Positions 33,800 through 47,100 of a stretch of 64,000 nucleotides of DNA are shown here, in pieces. The stretch lies in NCBI GenBank assembly GCA_964252035.1, contig OZ176213.1; one strand, 5' to 3'. The notes under the pieces are model-generated. The model made no database searches and was not told the DNA's origin. It worked only from the letters and a program-made list of their open reading frames with translations. Source of the stretch: Podarcis erhardii. Taxonomy: Eukaryota. Both the position numbers and the translations under genes were made by a program. Position 1 is the stretch's first letter. Each line of letters starts with the position of its first letter.

Positions 33800-35110
33800 T
33801 CCTTGCAGCTGGCCTGCTCGACAGAGGCTCCGAGAGGGCCAGGGAGTCCCTGGGATTGAAGTCCCGAGCAGGGCGTCAGTCGAAGTCACCGAGCGCCTGC
33901 CCCGGAGAAGGCAACCAGGAGACCCCCTCGGTTGCTCTCGGCCCCACACGCCCCTCCCTCGAAGGGGAGGCGTGGGGAGTCAGGGCACTCTGCAGATGCC
34001 CAGAGAGCAACTTTTCCTCCCCACGTGCGCCGGCAAGCTCTGGGGCTGCTGCCTCGCTCGCCTCCTCCCGTCGTGCCACCGCGGACGTCCCGGAGTTGGG
34101 GGCAGGCGGGGACTTCCCGTCTCCAAGCCGGGGGGCTCCGCTTTCCGGGTCTGGGGCGGCGGCGGCTGCTGCTGCTGCTTCTCCGCCTCCTCCTTTTGTG
34201 CCAGCCGCGCGCTCGCTGGCTCGTGTCGCGCACGGGAGGTGGCGAGCAGGGCGGAGGGGGGGGGGGGGCTCCGCTTCCTGGCAGCGACGGCGGCGCGCTT
34301 CGGAGGGAGCCAGGCGCGCAGCATGGACCTCCACCGCCGCCGCCGCCGCTGCTGCTGCTGCTGCTGCCGCCTCCGCTGCTCTCTCGTGGCGCTCCTGGCC
34401 CTGCTGGCCGCCGCAGGTAAGGCGCGGGCGAGGGGGGCGCGGGGTGGGCTGGGCGCTCCGTCGGGCACCGCGGGGCACCGCGGGCTCCTCTCCTGCCCTC
34501 CTCTGTCTCTCTCCGCGCAGGGCGCTCCGGAGGCTGCGAGCAACGCCTGGACGCCTCGGCCGCCCCCGAGGGGCCCCCCTGCTCGGATCTCCTCCCCAGA
34601 CAGCGGCTCCCCGTCGAGGGGCAGGAGGCGGCGGCGGCGGCCCTGCCAGACCCGCTGCAGGTGGACTTCGAGGGGGTCGGCCGGGAAGGCGGGCGGCAGC
34701 GTCGGCGGCCCCGCGGGGACCAGCAAGGCGCCGGTAGGACCCCTCAGCCTGGCCTCGCCATCACCCCCTCCTCCGGTAAGGACCCCTTCCCTTTTTCTCC
34801 CTTCCCTCGAGAGGGCTCCAGAAGGTCGCCTGGCTGGCCATCGGTCTCGCTGTCCTTGGCATCGGGGAAGACCCCGCCCCGTCGGGTACTGTCTGCCGGG
34901 GGTGGACAAGGCTTAGGGCGCTCTCTGCACAAGCTCAGAGACCCGCTTCTCTCGGATGATGTTGTCAGCGCCCTCCAAAATCGGGCAACAGCCCTTCTTC
35001 GCTGGCTTAGGTGCTGGGCACCGCTGGGGCGGAAGGTCGCCCTCTGGGGGAGCCAAGTGGCCCCAGGCATGGGGCACCCCAAGAAGGCGTCTTGCTCGCC
35101 CAAGGACCAC
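33800..35110. promoter_or_regulatory. CpG island over the promoter and exons 1-2 of the mucin-like gene
   Basis: Very high GC and CpG density with GCG/GCT triplet runs. Confidence 0.75.
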
Positions 35111-38100
35111 CCCCCCACTCCCCCACTTGTTACCTGCCTGAAACTGCCAGCACCGGGTATCCCAAGTGTGTGGTGGAGATTTGGTAGGTCTGAACCTGGG
35201 GCTGGTGTGGGGAGGGTGAATTTGGGAGTCACTGGTGCTGCAGGGCGCCCCCACCCCAATTTTGATCACTGAAGTGGCTTTTCTGTGCCCACCCCCCAGA
35301 TGTGTCTGGACTCCATTTCCCATCATCATCCTTGACTTTTGGCTCTGCTGGTTTGGGGTGATGAGATCTCAGCATCATCTGGGAGCCACAGGGTAGCTCC
35401 CCACCCCCCTGCTTCATGGAAGATACACCTGGTCTTCCAACAGGGAACATTTTTGCGCACACACACCCCGTCATTAATAAATTACTGCTCATCATTTAGG
35501 AAGATTTACATGCCACACTTTTTTTTTTTTTAAACTAAACTGCTTACATACGTTCTGATGGCCATGTGCAGTACTGTAATTGTTTAATACATTCGAATGT
35601 TCATGGGGCCGAGAGGGCACCACAGGGGGTGCTGTAGCAACAGCAAAAAAACGGAAGGCAGAAAGTAGAAGGGGGTGCCAAATTTTAAAAAGAATATAAG
35701 AAAATAAAAAGAGCCTTCTGGATCAGGTCAGTGGCCCATCTAGTCCAGCATCCTGTTCTCATAGTGGCCTACCAGTGGGAAACACGTAGGCAGGACCCAA
35801 GCCCAAGAGTTCCCTTCCCTGCTCTGGTTTCCAGCAACTGGTATTCAGAAGCATAGCAGCCTCCAACTGTGGACAATGGAGTTCATAGCTTTAAAGCACC
35901 CGCAAGCACCATCCCCTTTAGATGGCCATGTGCATTTTTTCACTGGCTTCAAAATGTCCCACACTGCTCTTGCTGCATTTCGGGAAACCAGCTGCTCCTT
36001 CTGCTAAGCAGGGTGGGGTGGGGCCCGGACCTCTGCCCCCAAGCCTTACCCTGGCAGCACCCCCAAAGGATAATGCCTGGCTGTGAGGCCCCATGTTCTT
36101 CCTAATGTCTGCCATGTTCTGGAGGCTGGTTGTGGCTCCTTCGTGGGGCAGAAAGGAGCACTCTGCACATGGCTTTTCTTTCTCCCCCCTTGCTATCTTC
36201 CAGGAGGGGTCTGGTCTGCAGGGTGCTGCTCTGTCTACAGGTATCTGCACCTTTGCCGCCACCTGTCTCCTTGCTCGACTCCTATCTTCACTCCAGAAAG
36301 ACATCGTCTCACCTTATGGTGCTGCGAGGATGTATCTGTGTGGGTGTGCAGTTAGCTGCAGGCAGGTCTTTTGGGGTTGGTGCTGGCTTTGTGCCAGAGC
36401 TGGGTATCTTTCTTAGAGCTGCATTCCTAGACTGAGTAGAATGGAAATATTATGCAAGAGGGAAAAAGCAACAGAACCACAGTAGGAAGCAGCTGCCTCT
36501 GTGGGATCCCAGCAGAGCCGTTGGGGTTCCCATCCATGGCTAACCTTCCTTCACAATCCCTAGATTAAATATGTCCATCTCATGCTTGCCTACCAACCCC
36601 AACGAAAACCTCTTGCTAGTGACCCAAACTCTCCTTTACCTTTGCTTAGGGTTTTCGTCGATGGAGGAACCAAGCTCTCACCCTTGACACATGGTTGTGT
36701 TTAGAAGAAAGCAATGCCAGACAAATTCATAGCACACTTATGTGGTCAACAGGCATCTAGTTGCTAATCTCTAGGTTGAGATGGGAGGAGGGCAGCGTGT
36801 TGTGACTCTGTTCTTTTGGAAGAGTGCAGCTAGGCATGTACCTTCCCCTCTGTAAGACAAAGTGTGGGGAACATTTTTGAGCCTGGGGGCCTTACGAGCA
36901 ACCTTCTGGGGGCCACATGCCAGGTGTGGACAGAGTCGTGGGTCAAAGTGAGTGTGGCCAGAGGCAAAACAGCAGTTTCCACCGCCATTCTCCACTTTTC
37001 TACTTTCCAGCCACACAAAAGTCAGATATTTCTGCACAGCTCTTGTCTTCCATCCAGGCAAGCAAAGTGACATCATTACACTTCAAGGGCACTTGAGGAG
37101 ATGGCAAGGCAGGTGAGGGCCAGATAGTCATGGAGGGCCGTATTCTGCCCCCCGTCTTCAGGACAAGAGACGCAGGGCTGATACAATACCCCTCTTTGAT
37201 TGTTCAACCTTAGGTGGAGAGTAGGAGGGCAAAGGCTTCAAGGTTTCACTCAGCTCTTAATCAGCGAGGTCATGGGCAGCCTAGACTGGCCCGGTGGTCT
37301 GGCTGCCAACTTAATATACCGCAGGCTCTTACTGGCCTGGGCTTATCTCTCTCAGTCCATCTGTATGAGTGACATGCAGTGCTCTAAGGACAACCTGGCT
37401 GCTTGGGGGGGGGGGAGGAGGGAGGATTTTCCTTCCCCACTGGCAATCAGATGAGTAGTAGTCATTGTAAGCCTATCAGAGACTGATAACTATGGGGTGC
37501 ATGATGCTCTGCCTGAATCCAGATGTTCGCTATGATGGATGACATCGCAGCTGTGTGTGTGGATGCAGGAAAGAGTAGTGGCACTTATCCTACAGTTGCT
37601 GATGCACACCCTTCCTCATTCCCTGGGGTCTCTGCCTTCTGCTTTGCCCCCACCCGTCAAGTCCTGTGTCTCAGATGTGAGCGTATGAATGCAGAGGATC
37701 CAGGAGTTCCTCGTACAGAACATGGATTTCTTCCACAGCAGACACGATGCCAGCCTCCTCCTCCGAACCAGCCGTGTCAGATAGCGGTCTGTGCCAGAGA
37801 AAGCTTGTTGCCTTGGCAACACAGAGAGAGTGATGCAGAATATCTGGGTGGGTTGTCTTGAGTGCCTGTTCTGGATTATTAGCTGGGCTTCTGTCGAATA
37901 TTCTGCCACTGAGACGGCAGCTCTAGAGCCATTCTTACCCAATAGCTACGCTGTGGCCCCTGGGAGGCTGGGGGGAGATTTCTGCCCCACCCCATGTTTT
38001 TGCATAAGGTTTCGGTTCCCAAGTTTGTCTTGGGATTGAGAGCTGTGTAACTACGGTCCGGATGTGTGTGTGGTGTCCATGCGTGGTGCAGAAATCCGGT

Positions 38101-41100
38101 GAGAAGCAGGGCAGCTGCTCCACCCCCAAATCAGCAAAACCAGATCAAAAGTAAATCATTCATTCATTCTCCTTGTATGCTGCTTTTCCATGCTCAAAGC
38201 AGCTTACAACAAAGAAAAGAGGAGAGTATTTCAAAATCAAAGTGCAAAAATAATTTCCTAATAGCAACAAAACACCACAACAGTATAGAGAACACCAGAC
38301 AAAAACAAAACAAAACACTTCAGTGCTATAAATATAGCAAGGTTGCATAAACAACTACAGTGGTACCTCGGGTTAAGAACTTAATTCATTCCGGAGGTCC
38401 ATTCTTAACCTGAAACTGTTCTTAACCTGAAGCACCACTTTAGCTAATGGGGCCTCCTGCTGCTGCCGCGCCACCGGAGCACGATTTCTGTTCTTATCCT
38501 GAAGCAAAGTTCTTAACCCGAGGTACTATTTCTGGGTTAGCGGAGTCTGTAACCTGAAGCGTCTGTAACCCGAGGTACCACTGTACATCCAGCATCCAAT
38601 TGCAAAAATAACAAGGGAGCTTTACAGTTGCACCGAGAGAGCTCTGTGTTTAAATGCATTTTTGGAACAGGAGGTTTGGGGGCTTTGGCTTATTCACCCT
38701 CCCGGGGCTGCCAGCGTGTAGCATCAGCGCAACACCACTGCCTGGTACCTCCCGGTGCTTTAACCTCCTTGCGTCTGGTTGAACAATGGGCACTTGCTGA
38801 CATTTGCAGCTCAGATCCCGAAGACGCCTCTGCTTTTCTGCCTGTAGGGGTGGCAGTGAAGATGGTGCTACCCCTCGACTTCCCCCCAGGAAGCTCACTG
38901 CCTCTGCTTTCCCTCCACCCCACAGGGTCAGATTTCTCTGGGCTGCAGGACTCTCTACCTGTAGGGCAAAGCACCAGTAAGAAGCTGAAGACCCTCCTCC
39001 ATGGCAGTGCTGAGCCCTCTGGCATCACCTGGCATCTTCCCTCATCCACTGATGCTGCTGTCCCCACTGTGTCGCACCCAGACTTGCAGACTGGATCTGC
39101 TGTCCTTGATGCCAGCCAAGAAGAAACATCAAGGAGGCCAACGGAGGTGGAAGAAAGCAGAGCAGCAGTTGCCACTGGGAGAGCCACTCAGTTCCCCACT
39201 CAAGAGAGCACATTGGGGGTTGGTGGGCTGCCCCAACCAAGTCCACGCCTCATCACAACCAAGCCTGTGACCTTCTCAGCGTTGCTTCCTGGGCCCATTT
39301 CCCCAAAGGATGCTGCAGGTCAAAATTCTTGGCCCTCTTCTCTTTTGGAAGAAACCTCCAGCCCTGGAGCTGGAGAGGAAGCCCCTGAGGTCTGGCAGTC
39401 CACCAGCCCCTCTCTGCTTCTGGCCTCCAAAGTGCAAGCTGCCACACAGACCCAGGCTGAGCCTCAGCACCCTTGGCCGGAGAGCCAGGGACCCCCAAGT
39501 GCTACGACGGGTGGGAATGAGACACGCAGCGTGGGCCCTACAGATGACCTGAAGATGCCCACCAGAGCCAGCAGCCTGAGGCCCCAGGAGACCCAGTCAC
39601 CCACTGCAGAGACTCAGGAGACCCTTCTTCTGGCTTCCACTCCACAGCCAGTTGCGGCTGGTACTGGGGCAGCCCAGGAAGAGGATGTGGCAACCATCAC
39701 AACACAAATATTGCCACAGGGCTGGAGCACAGCCCCGTCTGTGGTGGGTGCTGAGGGGCCAGGGGGCAGCACACCAGGCGTGGAGCCAGAAACCCGATCT
39801 CACGAGTCTTGGGGTGCCATGGGACCCTCTGATCCTGGCCCCACCCTGGCTCCACCCCCAACACCGCCGAGATCCAGGGCAGGGTTGGGTCACACGATGG
39901 AGACAACCCAGGGAGCCATAAGCGCAGGCAATTTTGTCCCCAGTGGAACAGCCCTGGTGCACAATTTCACAGAAGCCATGAGGGCAGCACAGCCTGTAGT
40001 GGATGCTCAGGCTACTTCTGCAGAATCCCCACATCGTACAGAGGTGGCTCCCCACTCATCCTCATCTTTCCACTTGGGGACAGCTTTGCCCCTGAGGTTG
40101 GCAGACTCTGCCACCCATCCTGCTTCTGCCAGCAACCTCCCTACTGGGTCCACATTGCTCACCTTGTCTGTGGGCCCGGGTGGTGTCATGGAAGAACCAA
40201 GAGCTTCCAGAGCAGGTGGGCATACCAGCACAGACGTGCCCATGTTTCAGAACGCCACAGACCCGCTCATGGCTGCGGAGATTGCCTCCAGCGGGGCTTC
40301 CACAGCCACAGAAGAGCCTGAATCTCAGAGCCCCTCGGAGCCTGGCAGTGCCTGGCCCACGAAAGGGGGCGATCCTGAACAGCCATCCTCACAGCCAAAG
40401 CAGCTTAATCCCAAGGGGGCTGCAGAAGAGGGCACCTTGCCCACCATGGTCCCCACTCCAATGGAGGTCTCTGTCAATTACAGAGAAAGAACAGGGGTGC
40501 CTAGTGATGCCAGGGAGGGCCCTCATAAAGCCACAACACTCCCCACCCAGCAGGCAACAAGAGAGGGGTCCCTTTGGCAAGCCACAGAGGCAGCAGAGCC
40601 CTTCACCAGCATCAGCAGCCTCCCAGGAAAGGATGCCCCCACTGGCTGGACTTTCAGCCCAACCAAAACCCCAGCGGGCTCTGAGGCTGCCTTGCTCACT
40701 ACAGAGGGAGATGATGTGAGCACAGCTCCTTCGTTGAATCCAGAGCTTCACTCCCAAGCAGCCAATTCCTCCAGTTTGGGCTCTGGAACGGCTGTGCCCA
40801 CAAGCAAGATAGGAGCCACTGGGACCATGCCTGTGACCCACCGGCTGTGGACCTCTCCAGGCAGGACAAGGAGCTGGGAATGGGGGAAGAGGCCCAGCGC
40901 CACAGCCGAAGGTGGCTCTATCAGGGAGATTGCCCGTTCTCCATTTAGTCTGGAGGGTCTTGTCCGAACAACAGCCACTCCAACAGGGAGCAGTGGGCAC
41001 ACACAGCCGCCTATGCCAGCTCCAGGACCAAAGAGCACTGCAAGGGAGGAACCTGTCGTTGCCAGCACCCGGCTCTCGCCAGCCACACCAGAGAAGTCCA

Positions 41101-44100
41101 CAACGCAACTGGAGCCGGCCGTGCCCAGGGAAGGCCGCCCCAGAGCCCACCAGGTCTTTGTGGCAGAGAATCAGCTGCCCCGCCTGAAAGGTCAGTGGGG
41201 CACCTCTCTCTGCAAACCAAGGGAGGGAAGCAGAGCTGATCTGGGGGGCAAGGTTGGCAAGCTAGGAGGGGGTACTGTGGCAGGTGAGTTCCTTGTAAAC
41301 CGAGGTTTAGTGGGGACTGGAAAGGACTGTCTGCGAAGGCGGTGGACTCTCATTCATTGGAGGTTTCTAAGCAGAGGTTGGTTGGCCATTTGACGGGGAT
41401 TTCCCCCTCTCTGATTCCTGCATTGCAGGGGCCTGGACTAGGTGGCCCCTGGGGTCCCTTCCTACTCCACCTTTCTATGATTCTGTAGTGCTTGTTGGGT
41501 AAGGCTGAAGGCAGAGAGGTCACAAATAGCTGGAGTTAACTGTTTCTAGTTTCAACCCTTTCCTCTTCCCTGATGAGTTTTACAGAAGTGGGGAGGAGGA
41601 AGAGGACAGCCAGGGCTGCCCTCTGGATTGGTTGTTAAGTTAAAAGGCAGAAGGTAGTGGCTGGCAGAGGATTTTCCTGGGAAAATCCAGGCGTACGGCA
41701 GCTGTACCCATTTGCCCTAATGGACCAGCCATCCTCAGGTAGAATTTAACACACAGGAGGCCCCACCACCTTGCTGGAACTAAGCTGGTCTGGGTCTGAA
41801 TGTAAAAACATAAGATGACTTCCTGGTCAGGCCAAACGGGACCCCACCTAGCACCGTGTTCTGACAATGGCTGACCCAGTGCCCATTGTGGGAAACCCAC
41901 AAGCATGGGCATAACATGAAAACAAAACCTGTAAAAAATACTCAGTTTCTACACCCATTCTCCTGGTCCAGCTACAGCTGTGGCCATTGGCCTCTTTGAA
42001 GCAAGTTTTCTGTTGCAGAGACTCCTGGCTCTCCTTTTTAATGCTATAAGCCTGCAGCCTCTGTGCTCCCTACACTTGTGGGGCAGGTGGATCCACTCTC
42101 ACCATCCTGCCATGCTGTGGCAGCTGACATCACTTGGGGCCCTGAAGGTGGTAATCGAATTGTAGACTCATACGTACAAAGCAGGAATTACTACTAAAGA
42201 ATCTCTTCTCTCTTCTCTCTTTCTCTTTCTCTGTCCCTCCTTCCCTCACCCCCAACCTTGGGCTGAGGTGGGTCCTATTTTCCTTCTCCTCCCTTCCTGC
42301 AGCCACTCTCCTGCATATCCCTTGTGAGCTGGTCCTGGCCATGGAGTTTTCCAGAAGCTTCTGGAACCCTGACTCACTCGAGTACCAGGGCCTGGTGCTC
42401 AGCGTCAACGAAACGGTGGGTTAGCCGTGTTTGTTTACCCAGGACTTGGGTGGGATTTTATCTGGGTTGCCCAAGGTCCTAGAGCCTAAAGGCCACATTC
42501 CCTGCTGGTCAACCTTCCCAGGGCCACATGGCCATGGGGGCGAGGCGGGACTAGGGGCAAAAGTTGGCAGGGCTGCAAATGCAAATCTGGCCTTTGAACA
42601 CTCGGCTAGTTTCTATGCACCCTTCCCTCTCATCTTCATCCAGGCAAGCAAGAGACATGATTAGAGTACAAGGAAATCATTCCACTCGGGCAGAAGCACT
42701 CAAGGAGGGCGTGAAGCATGGGCCAATGAGGGGTGTGGCCTGGGGAAATGGGTGGGGCCTGATGATAGTTCCAAGGGCCAGGTGAAGAGGACTGGAGGGC
42801 CACATTTCATCTCCAGGCCTGAGGTTCTCCAGCCCCTCCTAGAGTTTATTATTTTGAACTGGTGATGTTTCATTGTTTTAATGCCTGAGGGATTTAAAAA
42901 AATAAACCGTGTCTGTTTTGTTGCAGGTGTTATAATTTAATTGTATTTAATGCATGATTTATTTCATGTTAGCAAACCCCCCTGGGATCTGTTTTGGTGA
43001 AGGGTTGGGATGGAAGCTCCATAAATCAATGACTAATTGATTACCCTTCCTTCCCCTTCCCCCTTTCTCTCTCTAAGGTCACACCTCTCTTCGATTCCCT
43101 GCCGGGATTTCAGCGACTGGAAGTGAAGGCAATCCGGTATCTATCCATCCATCCATCCATCCATCCATCCATCCATCCATCCATCTCTCTCTTTGGGTTT
43201 TCTTGTCTGCCGTATCCCAGGGCTTAGGGAGGGCAAGATAACTGACACCATTGTGTAGCAGGTGAAAATGCAAAAGTTGAAAATTGTCCTGGGTGGCTCC
43301 TTGGAAAGCAGATGACATCAGGAAGGCCTTGATGACTCTGAGGAATCTCTGAGGGTGCAGGAGGTGGGCAGGGAAGAAGGCAACTTACTGGCTAGCTCCA
43401 TCTGATGGCAGAGTTGGATCACCAGGAGAGGCTGGTTGCAGGAAGGCCTTTAAAAACGTGCGGAACTCAAGCAATTTCCTAAAGTATTTGGTGCATTCAT
43501 GAGTCACATTTCCAAACCTGTCCCTGCAAAATAATTTCGCTTATGGGTGATGACTAGACCCTGAAACTTCCTGTGTTAGGAATGGTAGTACAGTGGTACC
43601 TCGGGTTAAGTACTTAATTCGTTCCAGAGGTCCATACTTAACCTGAAACTATTCTCAACCTGAAGCACCACTTTAGCTAATGGGGCCTCCTGCTGCCGCC
43701 GCACCGCTGGAGCACAATTTCTGTTCTCATCCTGAAGCAAAGTTCTTAACCCAAGCTACTATTTCTGGGTTAGCGGAGTCTGTAACCTGAAGTGCATGTA
43801 ACCTGAGGTGCCACTGTGTGTGTGTGTGTGTGTGATCTCAGGACTCAGATGGGGCTGCCTCTGCAGCCACCTTCTGTGTATTACATGGGACTAGATGGTC
43901 CTTGGAATACCCTTCCACCTCTGCAATTCTACCATTCTCTTATTCTCTCTGCAGGCCCGGGAGTGTGGTGGTAGCATTTGATGCCCTCTTCCTGGTAGCG
44001 GCTCCCGGCTTGTGGGCTGCTCTGAATCGCTCATCCCTCTCGGAGCGCTTGCGGCCGGGGCTCTGGGTTGGCAATGCCCGGGTGCTGCAGAGCACGACAC

Positions 44101-47100
44101 TGGGTAAGCTTTCGCTGACGGGCAATTTGCCCATTTCCCAAACCCAGCCGACATCAGTTGCCCAGGAGATGCCGCTGGGGACAGAACCTGCACACCTGCA
44201 AAGCAGCGGCTCTCCCACTGAGCAATGGCTCCCTCCCCACAAGTTTCTAGTCCTCAAGATTTTAAACCAAGTGGCTGCTTTCCATAGACACATCAGAAGC
44301 TAGCTGCCTTTTACCAGTGGTCCCACCTAGCTCTATGCTGACTGGCAGTGTCTTTCCAGGGTTCTCGGGCGGAGTCTCTCCCAGCCCTACCTGGTGACAA
44401 AACTTGGAGCCTTCTGCATGCCAAGCAGGGGCTCTGCCACTGAGCTGTTACCTGTTCCTACAGAGCGGCACCTGGACCTCTGCTCCGTTCTCTTCGCCTG
44501 CCAAGCTGGCTACGAGTGCGTCTCCACCGGAGAAGACGGGAGTGCCATCTGCACCTCCGCTTGCCACCGCGACTACTGCAAAAACGAGGGCATCTGCACC
44601 CATGCCGTCAACCACACGCCTGTCTGCCAGTGAGTGTCACAGCGCACAGGCCTTGCGCTCAGTCCCTCTGCTCCTGCACACACGTCTCTGCCTTCAAGGC
44701 CTCTGTCTGATGGTTTCCCCCTTGCATTCCCCAGGTGTCCCGTGGGCAGTGACTTCTGGTTCCTGGGGGTGCGCTGCGATTACAAGGTGACCCAGCAGGG
44801 CTTGCTGGGGGTTGCCTGTGGCCTCTTGCTGAGTCTGGTGGTGGTTGGAGCTGCCATTGCCGGCCTGGTGATCCGCCGGGTTCGTATGCTGCTGCTGGAG
44901 GCCAGAGCGGATCAGACCAAGAGCAGGTGAGACCCTGCCCCTTCTCCTCCCTTCCTGAACTCCACGTAGGTGGAAGGAAGAGAGAGAAACTGGGGCACTG
45001 CTCCCATTGGTTTCCTGCCTTCCCTGCCAGTTTAATCCATGCACTGCCTTGACAGTGGCACTGACTACCTTGAACAGGGCTGGTTTAAGCATGGAGCTAA
45101 ATAAGCATCAAGGGAAGGGGTTTAGGGTTAGACATTTTCCATAGCTGGATTTTTGACAATAAACGGTCACAAATTGCTCAGCTGAGCATTCGTTTTCTCA
45201 GTTCAAGTACAGTGGATCCTTGGGTTATGTTACCTTCGGATAACGTAACTGTTTGGGTTGTGAACGCAGCAAACCTGGACGTGTATACTTCCGGGTTTCG
45301 TCACATGCGCAGAAGCGCTCTATCGCGCCACGTGCGTGCGCAGAAGCAGCGCCTCATGTTGCGGACTTTTCGGGGTACATACAGACCGCCAGAATGAATT
45401 AGGTTCCTATCCAGAGGGTCCACTTATTAAAAATCCCAAAAGAGCAACTGTGCAACAAGGCAGGCTTGATGTCTTATCTCTACTAAGTACAGAAGTGGAC
45501 GCGTTAAGGTAAGATTAGTTTTGAGGATCCGATCCATGCAATTAAAAAAAGTAGGAGAAAACTTTTCAACTATGAAGTATACAAAGATAAACATTATTTT
45601 CCATCCTTATTGTAGGTTTTCTTTCATTTCAATAAATAAAATTTTATTTTATGGTTTGTTATTGTTTATATTTTGAATTGAATTTTGTATTTTGAATCGA
45701 ATATATATATATAGGGGCACCCAAATCTTGTTAAGTGGTTAGGGCATCTAAAGACCTTAATCTGGCCCTGACCTTGGAAGGACTTTCCTTCATCAAAGGT
45801 TTTTAAGCAGAGGTTGGGTGGCCACCTGTCCAGGCTTCTTTAGCTGTGATTCCTGCATTGCAGGGGGTTGGGCTAGATGACCCTTAGAGGCCCCTTCCAG
45901 CTCTGCAATTCTATGATGTCTTCCCCCCTATTCATGACATTCCTCATTAACCTCTTCTCTTAGAAAGGGCACCCACAGGGGCGGTTTGCAGTGCTGAGTC
46001 TCTGCTGCTTCCCTTTTTCTGGGCCTTGTTGGGCTCACAGGACTGTCCACTTATTGCTCTTTCCTTATTATTATTTATTAGATTAGTATACCACCCTTCA
46101 CCCATAGATCTCAGGGCTCTTGTCTTTTTCCATCTAGTGTGGGGCTGTGGGTGGGTGGGAAATGGGACGGGGGCTGCTAGGCTGAGCTGAGGGGTCTATT
46201 TCCTCCCGCCAGGTCTGCTTTCAAGGGAAAAGCAAACAGCCAGCAGCTTCTGGCTGAACTCCAAGGGAAATCCGGGGGTGGGGTGTGAAGGGGTAGAGAG
46301 TGTGTAACTGAGCTTTGTGTTGAGAGAGAGACAGGGCAGTGGCGTAGCGTGGGGGTGCAGGGGGGGCCGGCCGCACTGGACGCAACATCTGGGGGTTAGG
46401 GCTAGGGGGCGCAAATCCACGGGTTAGGGGGCGCAAATCCACAGGTTAGGGGGCGCAAATTACTTGCCTTGCCCCGGGTGCTGACAACCCACGCTACGCC
46501 ACTGAGACAGGGGGGTGGATTCGTTTCAGCCTGAGCTCTTTAGCACTCCAGGCTTGAATCACTGGCTACAGGCTCTGAGCATATGCAGAGTGTAATCCCC
46601 TTTCTAGGCTCTGAGCATATGCAGAGTACAGTCCCCTCTCTATGCTCTGAGCATATGCAGAGTGCAATCTCACTCCTAGAATGAAAAGATTGGGCAGAAG
46701 GTCTCACTGTGGGCATCTTGCCTAACCCCCATAAACATCCTCTCACCCACTTTGACCTGCAGAACTGGCACTGTTACAGGTGTCACATAATACCTGTTCC
46801 ACATTTGTAAGAAATAGATATTTTAGTGTGGCGGCACCTACGGTCTGGAACTCCCAGACTCTTGACATCAGGCAGGGACCTTCATTGTACAGTGGTACCT
46901 TGGGTTAAGTACTTAATTCGTTCCGGAGGTCTGTTCTTAACCTGAAACTGTTCTGAACCTGAGGTACCACTTTAGCTAATGGGGCCTCCCGCTGCTGCAG
47001 CGCCACCAGAACACAATTTCTGTTCTTATCCTGAAGCAAAGTTCTTAACCTGAGGTAATATTTCTGGGTTAGTGGCGTCTGTAACCTGAAGCGTACGTAA

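Noticed and set aside
33676-34916. Several 300-350 aa overlapping ORFs on both strands
   Set aside because: Stop-poor GC-rich CpG island; only the spliced 34323-34416 and 34521-34775 segments fit a gene model.
36083-37861. ORFs in intron 2 of the mucin-like gene as extra exons
   Set aside because: Candidate acceptors hit stops in the required phase, and the translations lack mucin-like composition or recognisable motifs.
46571-46678. Repeat-spacer pattern resembling a CRISPR array
   Set aside because: Vertebrate intron, only 3 units, spacers related to each other, and no cas genes.
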